Shown here one piece after another: positions 39,405 to 50,881 of a DNA stretch of 64,000 nt (position 1 is the first letter of the stretch; every line of letters begins with the position of its first letter). The translations under genes and the position numbers were made by a program. Source of the DNA: Malacoraja senta (lineage: Eukaryota); assembly GCA_038087875.1 (NCBI GenBank), contig CM075989.1, forward strand, positions 12,464,001 to 12,528,000, written 5' to 3'. The notes under the pieces were generated by a model. It was not told the origin of the DNA, did not search any database, and saw only the letters and a list, made by a program, of their open reading frames with translations.

Positions 39405-41909
39405 TACTTGTATCTAGTCTGGTAGTGAGCCAACTCATTGCTTAATTTTATTCTGATATAATTCTGATATTATTTGTAAATGCAATTGTAATTATACACT
39501 AATTATACTATTAAAATGGAATGTGATAATATTTTGAAATGTAAAATCCAGTTCCTCCATAATACTATCTGTGTTTCAAACGACAAGTGAAAGCAACATA
39601 TCTAATCTAGCAAGTACTATAATAACATGTACCAACTCATCCGCCTGCTAGTTTGGCAAGAAATCAGTTTCTTAATGACAAATATTTCTCATTGTGAATC
39701 AAATGAGTATCATGTACCTCATAATCTACTTTTTCTCAGAAAAAGTTAAGAAAAATAAACTGCAGTGTCTCCTTTCTGAAAATAAATTGCACTGCCTCTT
39801 TTCTGCTGATAACAAGTATAGGCAGAAATGTAGAATACATTTGATAAGTGCCATCCAAATATTTGTTATGTTGTTCATCATAATTCAGCAGTCATTTGTT
39901 AACCCAGATCAATATTACACGCCCCATTCCACTCTCATAGAAGTGCACAATCCTGGATACAATCATTGACATACCAGAGTTTAACTGATTTTTGCAAGGT
40001 CATTGAAAGCAGATAGCAATTTTGCTCTTCAGATTGAAATAACCTTTATATATCTAATCTAATCAACTTTGTTCAGCAAGAACCACTGGATGAGTTATAA
40101 ACACAAAGGGTACCCTAGCTTCAGGAAGTTAAAGATCCATTGTAATGTAACAAGCAGCACTTACTATAGGTATTTTGACTGCGAGCATTTGATTTTGGAA
40201 CCAGAGACCACACAAAAAAGGTATTGATTAATACAAGCTTTATTGTGGCAAAGCATCTATACTTATACTTAACAATGCCTAGGGGTCAGTGGCAGGTGGC
40301 TCTGTCCGCAGCATGGCTTGCAGTTTTCCCTTGGCACTGTTCATGACCCAGTCCATGGGCGAAGTCCCACTCACTGAGTGCCCCCCGGCTGTGTTATATC
40401 CTTTCCTTATCAGCAACATTTCACATAGTAAAATTCAACAAAATGCATCTGTCTGAAATGTAACCACGCAAGCTTGCTACAGAATGTTCACTCAAGGTTA
40501 CTATTGAATCCTCTCATTCCTCCCTTTTGGCTCAAATCCACTCTTGCTCCGTAGCCATTCTCTAATTGCCCTCTATTTCCCATGCTATGCTTTTTCCCCA
40601 TTTCCATCCACTTTCATAACTTCTCCCTCACTCTCCGCTTTGCACCAGCCAATCCCAAACAATTAGGAAGCATGCTCCAATATTATCAACATCAATTTTT
40701 GGCCACCAATTCCATTTAGCCATACACCACTTTGTCCATATGTATTTGTCAGATCTATTTGCACGGCTCTGGACTTTCACTAGTACTGACCATTATCATT
40801 CTGATACCTCGTCCTTCCTCATGGAAACCATTATAGAGGATTCCAAGGTGCCTCCCCCCCCCCCACCAAAGAAAAGAACTGATCCAATCCACCTAATTAT
40901 CTGCCAATCATTCTCTAGCAAAGACATCATTGACAATACTATCAAGATGGATTTACTCTCTGATATCTTGAGCAAAAAAATGCACTGGAGCCTCGAGGTC
41001 AGGCAATATCTCTGGACGGAATGGGCAGACAATGTTTCTGGTCAGGACTCTCTTTGGACTGGGAGTGACAATGTTTTGGGTTGGGACCCTACTTCAGATT
41101 GATAAAGGATCACAACCTGAAACGTCGCTGTCCATTCCCTCCACAGATGCTTCCTGCTTCACTGAGCTTCTCCAACATTTAGTTTTACTCACTTACTTGA
41201 ACACTTGAATTTTCCAGCATTGGCAGTCTCATGTGTCTCGTCTCTGATATCTTACTCACTGATGCCCTGTTTGGGTTTCGTCAGGATTAATCAGCTCCCA
41301 ATCATGACACAACTCTTGGTCTAACAAAAGTATGAATCAAAACAATGTATGTATATAGGGACAGTAAGATATAATTTGTCAACTCTTCTGCTATTCAAAG
41401 ATCATGATTGATCTGTGATTTAATAGTAAGATTAAACGAGAACGTACCAGTTTGAAGTTTGATCTTTATTTTATGAGGAGTTACGTTGAGGGACTACGTG
41501 AAGAACCCGTCCAGACCACAAACGCGTCAATCTTCAAAGCAGCGGAGTGAAATCATAGACAACAATTACTGAAGTATGATAGTAAGATACGTAAAGACTA
41601 GAACTACCAGCTTAATCTTTATAAGGGTGGGAGCGGAGGGCACGTAGTCCCTCAACGTAACTCCTCATAAAATAAAGATCAAACTTCAAACTGGTAAGTT
41701 CTCGTTTAATCTTACTATTTTACTTCGGAGTCACGTGAGTGACTACGTGAAGATTTCAAAGCTCTGTGATTTCACGCCGTAGATTCAAATCCAGGCGCTC
41801 ACTGCATTGATTGACTCTAAATGAGTAAAAGCAATCAACAATGCATAACCACAACATCAATGTAATTAGTTAATGGTTTTATTTATTACAACAATAGTAA
41901 CCTCCTTTA

Positions 41910-42904
41910 TCATAATGGGGGACTTAATACTGAATCCAACACGGCACCACCAAATAACCCGGGATCTTTAATCTCCTTATGGTAATACTTGTGAAACATC
42001 TGTTCACTTGCCCATCCTGCGGCCGCGAGGATAAGGTCTATTGGAACGTCCAAATCCCTGGCCGCCGATGTTGCTGCCGCCCTGGTGGAATGAGATTTAA
42101 ATTTATCAGTATCAATACCTGCATAAATCAACACCTGTTTCAGCCATCTTGAAATAGTCTGTGTCGACACCTTCTTATGAGTTTTTTTTATAGCTGATAA
42201 AGAATGCCGATTCTGCACCTCTTAAGGTTCTGGTTGCTTCAATGTAACATCTTAAATATGCTACTACACATAGACGTGGATCCGTAGGATATGCTGAAAA
42301 AAACAACTTACATCCTGTGAACCCAGGTCTACTCTGTTTAAGCAAATCATAGACATAGAATGTAATGGCATCTGCTGCTACTTTCAGCCTGTCTATTTTT
42401 AAACTTCTGCAATGTTTGCACTCTCTGTGCTGAAACTAATGCCATGAGCATAACTAACTTCATGGTAATTTTGGCCAATGACAGAGCTTCAATAGGTGTC
42501 CATTGTCGCAGTAGCATAAGTACATCTTTTACATTCCAGATTTCTGTATATCTGGGTCTAGGAGGGTTTGAATTGAAAATTCCCTTCATAAACCTACAGA
42601 CCCAAGGATGTGATCCTATAGGATTTTGCTCTGATTCCCTGCATAAATATGCTGAAAGAGCACTCCTTGCAGTATTGATTGCACTATAGCTTAAATTTAA
42701 ATCAAAATAAAGAGTTGAAAGAAACTCTAACACATCTGAAATCTCTGCAGTGTGATATGCAATATTCTTTTGTGAACAAACCTCCCATTTCCTTATATAA
42801 GAAATGTACTGCTTCTGGGTACTATTCCTCCAGGCTGCTGCCATAACATCCACTGTATGCTCTGATAATCCTCTTCCAAGATATGGCCTTCTTAGAATCT
42901 GCAA
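41910..42904 (-). pseudogene. DIRS copy B tyrosine recombinase (frameshifted)
   Basis: ORFs 42347-42904 (LMALVSAQRVQTL, catalytic R) and 41910-42218 (HSTRAAATSAA...GWASEQMFHKYY). Confidence 0.93.
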
Positions 42905-44751
42905 ATCAATAAACCAATACGATCATGTAAAGGATGTGGTTCATCAGTTACAGGGTGTACAAGCAGGTTTTCCTGCTTTGGAATAATCATAAGGTTTTTT
43001 AAAATCATTTTTAACACCAGCGGGTACCATAGTTGTGTAGGCCAATCTGGCACCACCAAAACCCCTGAAGCCGAGTCCTGTTTAATTTTCTGTATACATC
43101 AATTAATGAGACAAAACGGAGGAAATGCATTCAGAAACATACCACCCGAATGTAGCGAGAAAGCATCCACCGCTACTGCACCAGGATCAGGCTCCCATGA
43201 CACATACTTAGGCAATTGGTGGTTAAGTCTTGATGCAAACAAGTCAATTTCTGGCATACCAAATTGTGCCACAATTTGATTAAATGTTTCATGATGCAAC
43301 ATCCATTCTGTATTATCATTGAATTTACGTGACCTTGTGTCTGCAACTGTGTTGAATCTACCTGGTAAGTAGATTGCTGACAGCCAAATCTTTCTAGTAA
43401 TACACCAGGTCCAAATTATATTTGCCAATCTATCACAAAATTCTGACTTGATACCACCCATATGATTTACATATGCTACAGCTGTAGTATTGTCAATCTG
43501 TACCTGAACATGCAATTTTTCCATATTAGAACAATAAGCTTTAAGCCCATAAAATGTTCCTAACAGCTCTAGGTAATTTATACCTTGATTTTCGAGCGAA
43601 GGTACTTCCTCCACATTCCATCTACCTCCACAGCTGGAAACCATATTAGTGGCGCCCCATCCTAGAGCACTTACATCAGTCTGTAGAATAACGGAAGGTG
43701 TTTCTACCAGAATTTGTCTGGAAGCATTAGAGACATTGTTAATGCACCATTTTAATTCCATAACAGGCTCAATTGCCAATTGCATGGGCCTATCAAAATG
43801 CCCTGCATTAATCCTCAATGCTTGTACCTTAGCTCTCTGCAAATGCTGATAATGCAGTGGTCCAAACCTTACAGCTGGAAAAGCAGCAATTAATTTGCCC
43901 AGCAAGCTTGCCACTTGTCTAATTGAGGGTCGGTACTCTTTAATGAGCTTAATACAACCTTCAATTAACTGCAGCCTTTTATCTTTTGGCAAAGTAATTA
44001 CCATGTGTTCTGAGTTAATGGTAAACCCCAGGTAATCAATTTTTGTGCTTGGTAATAGTCTAGATTTTTGTGGATGAATAATGAATCCCATTTTCTCAAA
44101 AATGAACTTAACTCTTGACACTGATGCCTCTGATGTAGCCAAAGTGTTTCCCACAATCAGAATATCATCCAAATAAGCCATTAGTACTTGGCCCTCGGCT
44201 CTTAGTAGTGCTAAAATTGGTTTGAGTAATTTTGTAAATAATCTTGGAGCTGAAGTTAGACCATTAGGCAAGTCTTTAAATTGCCACAATTGACATCCAT
44301 CTAAATTTGAGATATCTCCGATCATTACCATGCCTCAGAATAATATGCATCTTGCAGATCTATACTTGCCATATAGCATTTTCTTGTCACAAGCTGAATG
44401 GCGTTTGTAAATGTCTCCATTTAAAATTGTTTATACTGTACGAAAGGGTTAAGACTTGTCAGATCCAGAATGATTCTACATCCACCATCCTTTTTTGGTC
44501 TAGGAAAAATACTTGACACAAACTGATGGTGTTGTTCTACTGACTTCTCTATTACACCTTTATTGCATAATATTTTCAATTCTGCCTGAATCTGCGTATT
44601 CATTTCTTTTGAAAAAATACGTGACCGGCTTGAAATATGCTGTAGGAGGATTCAAATGTGGATAGAATTCAATTCTAAATCCCACAATACTACACAGTAT
44701 AAACGAATCATTTGTTATTTGTTGCCATTCTTTTAGGAAGAATTGTAATCT
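42892..44751 (-). pseudogene. DIRS copy B RT / RNase H / methyltransferase-like region
   Basis: PKKDGGCRIILDL, LPNGLTSAPRLFTK, AYLDDILI, LQTDVSALGWG, INYLEL, DNTTAVAYVN, IDLFAS...AFPPF; a few frameshifts and stops. Confidence 0.95.
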
Positions 44752-46253
44752 TCATCCCACTTGTGAGTGTAAAACATTTGCTATGTTTCTTACCAGACCA
44801 GACCCACCTACCTCGGGGTTTGCCGATGGCAAATGTTGTCCCCTATTCTTAGTAGGTACATTAGAACCTCCACGCATCCCAGGAGCAGTACGCCAACGCG
44901 TATATGGGAACGATTGACTTGTTCCTTCTCCAGCACCAGGCATCCGTCGGTAGGGATACTGCCTTCGAATTGATCTGCTCAGCATCGGTGGTTTCATCAT
45001 TCCCACTGTTTTTGCCTCTTCATTCAGGTCTTTTACCCTTTTTGCTAGATTCTCCCCAAAAAGCAGATTAGGCAGTTGTATATTAGATGGTTTACAGAGC
45101 CCTGCAAACTTAGGATGAATATTAGGTCTTATCGCACTCTTACGAATACAGTTTATTTCAAAGTGCGCACTACACATAAGTGCTAAGGCATCTTGTTGTG
45201 AAGCAGATACATGCTCTTCATCCAACCCTCTGCCAAATGCCGTAATGCCTGACCCCAGCAATCTCAACACTCGTTGTAACTTTAATTCTTGTGAGCGTAA
45301 TCCAATGCCCAAATAGCCCCATATTACGTTATTCACTGCTGGGACTGCTAACAGTGCACAATTCTGCGGGGTTTCATATTTTTGAACAGTCTCATCCATA
45401 GTTAATTCCTGGAGCTGATGGGAGAGCAAGTAATTTATAGTCATTGCTAATTCATCTCCCAAAGGTTCCCCTGTTAATCTGGAAACTGCAAATTTTTGTG
45501 CCAAACCTGGTATTTTGGGCTCTGTTATTGGGCTCTGGTCCTCATATGATTCATCATCTGAATCTTGATGTTTCTCCTCCTGATGGGAAAGTTCTGGCAT
45601 CCCTGTTTCAGGTAAGTCTAGCACTGGCTCTTCCATAGGCCTTCGCATAGTAAATTCTTTACCAGATTCCCCCTGCGCGGGCTCTCCTGTAGGCCCACGG
45701 ATAGGCAGCCCTGTTTCAGGTGCTGCTGGCGCTGGTTCACCTCTAGGCCAACGTTTATACTGTCTTTCTTCCGACATTGTTGGCGCTGACACTTCTCTAG
45801 ACCAACGCTTGTACTGCCTTTTTTCTGGCATTTCTGGCACTGGCTCTCCTGTAGGCCAACCTATGTATTGTCTTTTCTCAAACATTTCTGATGGCTCTCC
45901 TGTCCCATCCAAGGCACTCCCTGCGCTGTCTCTGTCATAGGCCAACGCGGACTATATTCCTCCTGAGGAGGTTCTTGATAAATCATTTTCCCCATAAGGA
46001 ACTCTAAACTTGCGACCCTAGCAGCCATAACCTCTGACTGAGGAGGGTTCACCTCCGGGTCTGACTCATCGGAGTCTAATGGTCTCACAGACTTTTGTTC
46101 GGCCTTGCGCCCCAACGGCGCTACAACGGTACTTTCGACTGGATTGGGAGTTGATGGCCTCGCTGCCACTGACTCCTCTAACAGACGCCCGCTACCCTCA
46201 GATACTTGAGGTTTACCTGCGGTACGTCTTCTTCCTCTACGCCCTCTCTCCAT
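44752..46253 (-). pseudogene. DIRS copy B gag-like region (one frameshift near 45900)
   Basis: ORFs 45861-46322 and 44752-45945; YETPQNCALLAVPAVN..IW and LLFGENL..RVKDL; colinear with copy A. Confidence 0.85.
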
Positions 46254-46944
46254 AATAACTTGCGTGGCGCTCCACAAACAAGTCTGACGAGAAAGGCGAC
46301 CTTTGAGCGAAATTGAAAGCACTTACCTTCAGGCTTTTACTTTACTCACCGCTTGGAGGAGCTTTGCTCCTCCACACACGGTCGCAACGCTATGCGTCTG
46401 ACGATATGACGCGTGTGTGGTCTGGACGGGTTCTCCACGTAGTCACTCACGTGACTCCGAAGTAAAATTCCACACTCCTGCCTTTTCCCCATATGTGTTA
46501 AAACCTTGCTGGGGAGCGTGTACCAATCTTAGACTTAAACAATAAATAGCCATTAAATACTGTCTTTCATAGAGAATTACAAATTTCTAAATCACTTCAT
46601 GTGCAAAAATGTTTCCTATCTGTTTCTGAAAGAACTGCCTTTAATGTTTTGCCTTTTATTCCCCCCTGAGCTAGATCTGCAACCCGCTAAAATAGTTTCA
46701 TTTATTTGATTAAAACATTGATTATATCATCCTTTAATTTCGATGGAAAACATGCGGATTTTCTCCAGAACTGCTGTAGATTTGGGAGCAACAGCAGCAG
46801 GAGATTAGCAAGAGATACGACTGATTGGCTCTAGCCCGAGTGGGAGGAGAGAAGTGAGTCAGAGGGGGGAAAAACAGTTGAAAAGTAGAAGCCAAGCACA
46901 GGCAGACTTTATTCTTAATAGGACCAGTTAATTACTTATATAAG

Positions 46945-47898
46945 ATGGGTGGCCAGGAGATGTGCCAATACTGTGAGATGTGGGAAATTGTCGACACCAT
47001 TGATGTAGATGATCCCTACAGCTGCAGTAAGTGTTTGAAGCTAGCGGAACTCGAGCTCCGCATTGATGAGCTGGAGACCCAACTTCATACGCTGCGGTGC
47101 ATCAGGGAGGGGGAGTATTACCTGGATGTTTTGTGCCAGGGGATGGTCACACCGACCAGTTTAACTAATTCAGTAGTTAGTGAGCAGGGAAAGGAAGGTG
47201 TGGCCATAAGCGAGGCAGGTAGGGGGAACCAGGAGGAGATGCGGCAGGAGCCACAGCCCTTGTCCCTGACGAGCATGACCGAGGCTCTTACTCAATGTGA
47301 GGACGGGATCAGGGGCTGTGGGAGGGATGAGCAACCTGGCTGCAGCACCGTGGATCAGGGGGCCATTCAAGAGGGGGGAGTTAGAAGAAATGCCGTGGTG
47401 ATAGGGGATAGTATTATTCGGGGGGTAGATAAGGTTCTCTGCGGCCAGCAGAACATGTCCCGAAGGCTGTGTTGCCTACCCGGTGCTAGGGTTAAGGATA
47501 TCTCTGCGATGCTGGAGAGAAATTTGCAGAGTGAGGGGGAGGATCCAGTGGTCGTGGTCCATGTGGGGACCAATGACATAGGAAGGACGAGGAAGGAGGA
47601 TCTGCTGAACGAGTTTGAGCAGTTAGGGAATAAATTAAAAAGCAGAACCTCGAGGGTACTGATCTCCGGATTGCTACCTGAGCCACGGGCCAAATCGGCG
47701 AGGGTACGAAAAATTAAAAAGCTGAATGCGTGGCTCAAAGACTGGTGTGGGAAAAATGGGTTTGGTTTCTTGGGCCACTGGCACCAGTACTGGGACAGGG
47801 GGGATCTGTTCTGTAAGGACGGACTTCACCTGAACGGTGCTGGGACTGGGGTCCTGGCAAATCATATAACTAGGGCAGTAGAGAGGTCTTTAAACTAA
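46945..47898 (+). CDS. CR1 ORF1p: zinc finger/leucine zipper plus SGNH esterase domain
   Basis: CQYC...CSKC, heptad leucines, GDSIIRG, HVGTND, DGLHLN. Confidence 0.93.
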   Translation: MGGQEMCQYCEMWEIVDTIDVDDPYSCSKCLKLAELELRIDELETQLHTLRCIREGEYYLDVLCQGMVTPTSLTNSVVSEQGKEGVAISEAGRGNQEEMRQEPQPLSLTSMTEALTQCEDGIRGCGRDEQPGCSTVDQGAIQEGGVRRNAVVIGDSIIRGVDKVLCGQQNMSRRLCCLPGARVKDISAMLERNLQSEGEDPVVVVHVGTNDIGRTRKEDLLNEFEQLGNKLKSRTSRVLISGLLPEPRAKSARVRKIKKLNAWLKDWCGKNGFGFLGHWHQYWDRGDLFCKDGLHLNGAGTGVLANHITRAVERSLN

Positions 47899-47986
47899 GT
47901 AGCGGGGGGGAGGTATCAAGGGGGGTAATAACGGCAGGGGTAGAGGAAATAGAGCAGGGTATCAGTGGGGAAACGGAAATCAAAAT

Positions 47987-50881
47987 GTGACAGGAGGATC
48001 CAGAATGTGTGAAGATAAAGCTCTAGATGTAAAAGGGGCAAAAACAGAAAGGAAGGGTAGTAAAAATCATCTGAAAGTGCTGTATCTAAATGCACGGAGT
48101 ATTCGAAATAAGATAAATGAATTAACGGTGCAATTAAGTACATATAGTTATGATATCGTGGCCATTACGGAGACATGGCTGCAAGGGGATCAGGATTGGG
48201 AGTTAAATATAGAGGGGTACTCGACAATTAGAAAAGATAGACAGGAAAGAAAGGGAGGAGGGGTGGCCCTTTTAATAAGGGAGGGAATAACGGCAATAGA
48301 GAGGAAGGATATTGCGTTGAAGGATCAGGATAGTGAAACAGCTTGGGTACAGATAGAGAATAACAAGGGGAAAAAAACACTAGTGGGTGTAATTTATAGA
48401 CCTCCAAATAGCTGTGACGCTGTTAGTCAGAACATAAATCTGCAAATAGTTGACGCATGTAAAAAGGGAACTGCTGTAATCATGGGGGACTTCAATTTTC
48501 ATATTAATTGGGCAAACCAAACTGGGCAGGGTAGACTAGAGGAAGAGTTTATAGAATGTATTAGAGACGGGTTCCTAGAACAGTATGTCACAGAACCGAC
48601 AAGGAGGGAGGCAATCTTGGATCTGGTCCTGTGTAATGAAGCAGGATTAATTAAAAATGTCATAGTTAGGGACTCGTTGGGAACAAGTGACCACAATATG
48701 GTCGAATTCCATATTCAAATAGAAGGAGAGCAGGTTGAAACTCAGGCTAGGGTACTTAGTCTAAATAAAGGGGATTATGAAGGTATGAGGACTGAGCTGA
48801 TCAAAGTTGACTGGGATAGCAGACTCAAGAATAAGACGGTACATGAGCAGTGGTGTACGTTTAAGGATCTACTGTATAACCTTCAAGAAAAATTTATTCC
48901 TATGAAGAAAAAAAGAGGTAAGGGAAAGAACAGTCAGCCATGGCTCAGTAAAACTATAAAGGATAGTATTCAGCTGAAGGCAAGGGCATATAAGGTAGCT
49001 AGAGATAGTGGGAGGGTAGAGGATTGGGAAGCATTTAAAGGTCAGCAAAAAATAACTAAGAGATTAATTAAGACGGGGAAAATAGACTATGAAAGGAATT
49101 TAGCGAACAACATAAAAACTAATAGTAAGAGTTTTTATAGCTATATAAAAAGAAAAAGGGTGGCTAAGGTGAACGTTGGTCCATTGGAGGGTGAGACTGG
49201 AGAGTTGTTGGTGGGGAACATGGAAATGGCAAAGGCATTAAACGAGTATTTTGTATCAGTCTTCACCATAGAAGACACAAAAAATATTCCAACGCTGGAT
49301 AAACAGGGGGCGGTAGGAATGGAGGAGCTAAATACTATTAAGATCACCAAGGAGGTGGTATTAGGGAAATTAATGAGACTGAAGGAGGATAAATCCCCTG
49401 GGCCTGATGGATTACATCCAAGGGTCTTGAGGGAGATAGCGGTGGGGATTGTGGATGCATTGGTGATAATTTTCCAAAACTCCCTAGAGGCAGGAACGGT
49501 CCCAGTGGATTGGAAAATGGCCAATGTAACACCTATATTTAAAAAAGGAAGTAAACAGAAGGCGGGTAACTATAGACCGGTTAGTCTAACATCGGTGGTG
49601 GGTAAAATGTTAGAGACAATTATTAAAGAAACACTAACGGGGCACTTGGATAAACATGACTTCATCGGACAGAACCAGCATGGTTTTGTGAAGGGGAAGT
49701 CCTGTTTAACGAATCTGCTCGCATTCTTTGAGGAAGTAACAACCCGGGTGGATAAAGGGGAACCGGTGGATGTGGTATACTTGGACTTCCAAAAGGCTTT
49801 TGACAAGGTGCCACATAAGAGACTATTGCTAAAAATAAAAAATTATGGGATTGGGGGTAATATATTAGCATGGGTAGAGGATTGGCTAACAAATAGGAAG
49901 CAGAGAGTGGGGATAAATGGTTCATACTCGGGATGGCAACCGGTAACTAGCGGGGTTCCGCAAGGGTCGGTGCTGGGACCCCAGTTGTTCACAATTTATA
50001 TAAATGATTTGGAGGAGGGAACCAAGTGTAATATATCAAAATTTGCGGACGATACAAAAATGGGAGGAAAAGTAGGGGATGAGGAGGATAGGAAGAGTCT
50101 GCAAAAGGATATAGATAAGCTAGGTGAGTGGGCAACAACTTGGCAGATGAAATTTAATACTAATAAATGTGAAGTCATTCACTTTGGGAAAAAAAATGAT
50201 AGGGCAAGTTATTTTCTAAATGAGGTGGAGCTGCGTTGTAATGCAACGCAAAGGGATCTAGGGATAGTAGTACATGAATCACTAAAAGTTAGTATGCAGG
50301 TGCAGCAAGCAATCAGGAAGGCCAATGGAGTTTTGGCCTTTATTGCTAGGGGGATTGAGTATAAAAACACGGAGGTCTTGCTGCAGCTGTACACAGTATT
50401 AGTGAGACCACATTTGGAATACTGTGTACAGTTCTGGGGTCCATACTTAAGAAAGGATGTACTGGCCCTGGAGGCAGTGCAGCGAAGGTTTACAAGATTA
50501 ATTCCTGCAATGAGGGGATTGACATATGAGGAAAGGTTAAGTAGGCTGGAACTCTACTCTTTGGAGTTTAGAAGAATGAGAGGCGATCTCATTGAAACAT
50601 ATAAGATCGTGAGGGGCCTTGATCGGGTGGATGCACCGAGGATGTTCCCAATGATCGGGGAAACTAGAACTAGGGGACATAGTTGTAGAATAAGAGGGGG
50701 CTCTTTTAAAACTGAGATGAGGAAGAACTTCTTCACCCAGAGGGTGGTTAATTTATGGAATTCACTGCCCCAGGGAGCAGTGGAAGCAGAAACATTAAAT
50801 ATATTTAAATCTAAAATAGATGTTTTTTTAGCTGCCAAGGGGATAAGGGGCTATGGGGAGAGGGCAGGGATATGGACCTAG
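47987..50881 (+). CDS. CR1 ORF2p: APE endonuclease plus reverse transcriptase (964 aa, open)
   Basis: YLNARS, ITETW, GDFN, SDH (APE); NYRPVSLTS, DFQKAFD, GVPQGSVLGP, FADD (RT). Confidence 0.97.
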   Translation: MTGGSRMCEDKALDVKGAKTERKGSKNHLKVLYLNARSIRNKINELTVQLSTYSYDIVAITETWLQGDQDWELNIEGYSTIRKDRQERKGGGVALLIREGITAIERKDIALKDQDSETAWVQIENNKGKKTLVGVIYRPPNSCDAVSQNINLQIVDACKKGTAVIMGDFNFHINWANQTGQGRLEEEFIECIRDGFLEQYVTEPTRREAILDLVLCNEAGLIKNVIVRDSLGTSDHNMVEFHIQIEGEQVETQARVLSLNKGDYEGMRTELIKVDWDSRLKNKTVHEQWCTFKDLLYNLQEKFIPMKKKRGKGKNSQPWLSKTIKDSIQLKARAYKVARDSGRVEDWEAFKGQQKITKRLIKTGKIDYERNLANNIKTNSKSFYSYIKRKRVAKVNVGPLEGETGELLVGNMEMAKALNEYFVSVFTIEDTKNIPTLDKQGAVGMEELNTIKITKEVVLGKLMRLKEDKSPGPDGLHPRVLREIAVGIVDALVIIFQNSLEAGTVPVDWKMANVTPIFKKGSKQKAGNYRPVSLTSVVGKMLETIIKETLTGHLDKHDFIGQNQHGFVKGKSCLTNLLAFFEEVTTRVDKGEPVDVVYLDFQKAFDKVPHKRLLLKIKNYGIGGNILAWVEDWLTNRKQRVGINGSYSGWQPVTSGVPQGSVLGPQLFTIYINDLEEGTKCNISKFADDTKMGGKVGDEEDRKSLQKDIDKLGEWATTWQMKFNTNKCEVIHFGKKNDRASYFLNEVELRCNATQRDLGIVVHESLKVSMQVQQAIRKANGVLAFIARGIEYKNTEVLLQLYTVLVRPHLEYCVQFWGPYLRKDVLALEAVQRRFTRLIPAMRGLTYEERLSRLELYSLEFRRMRGDLIETYKIVRGLDRVDAPRMFPMIGETRTRGHSCRIRGGSFKTEMRKNFFTQRVVNLWNSLPQGAVEAETLNIFKSKIDVFLAAKGIRGYGERAGIWT

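Larger units (their letters stand above)
41422..46468 (-). mobile_element. DIRS1-type retrotransposon, copy B (full length, better preserved)
   Basis: Same termini as copy A in reverse orientation; ICR at 41641-41753; long ORF remnants for gag, RT/RH/MT and YR. Confidence 0.96.

Noticed and set aside
41910..44331. Tyrosine recombinase, RT and Dam-like MTase read as a phage, retron or bacterial contaminant
   Set aside because: Domain order and ITR/ICR termini are those of eukaryotic DIRS1 elements, and the element interrupts a vertebrate CR1.
47170..50838. Multiple minus-strand ORFs opposite the CR1
   Set aside because: Antisense shadows of ORF1/ORF2 with no recognisable domains.
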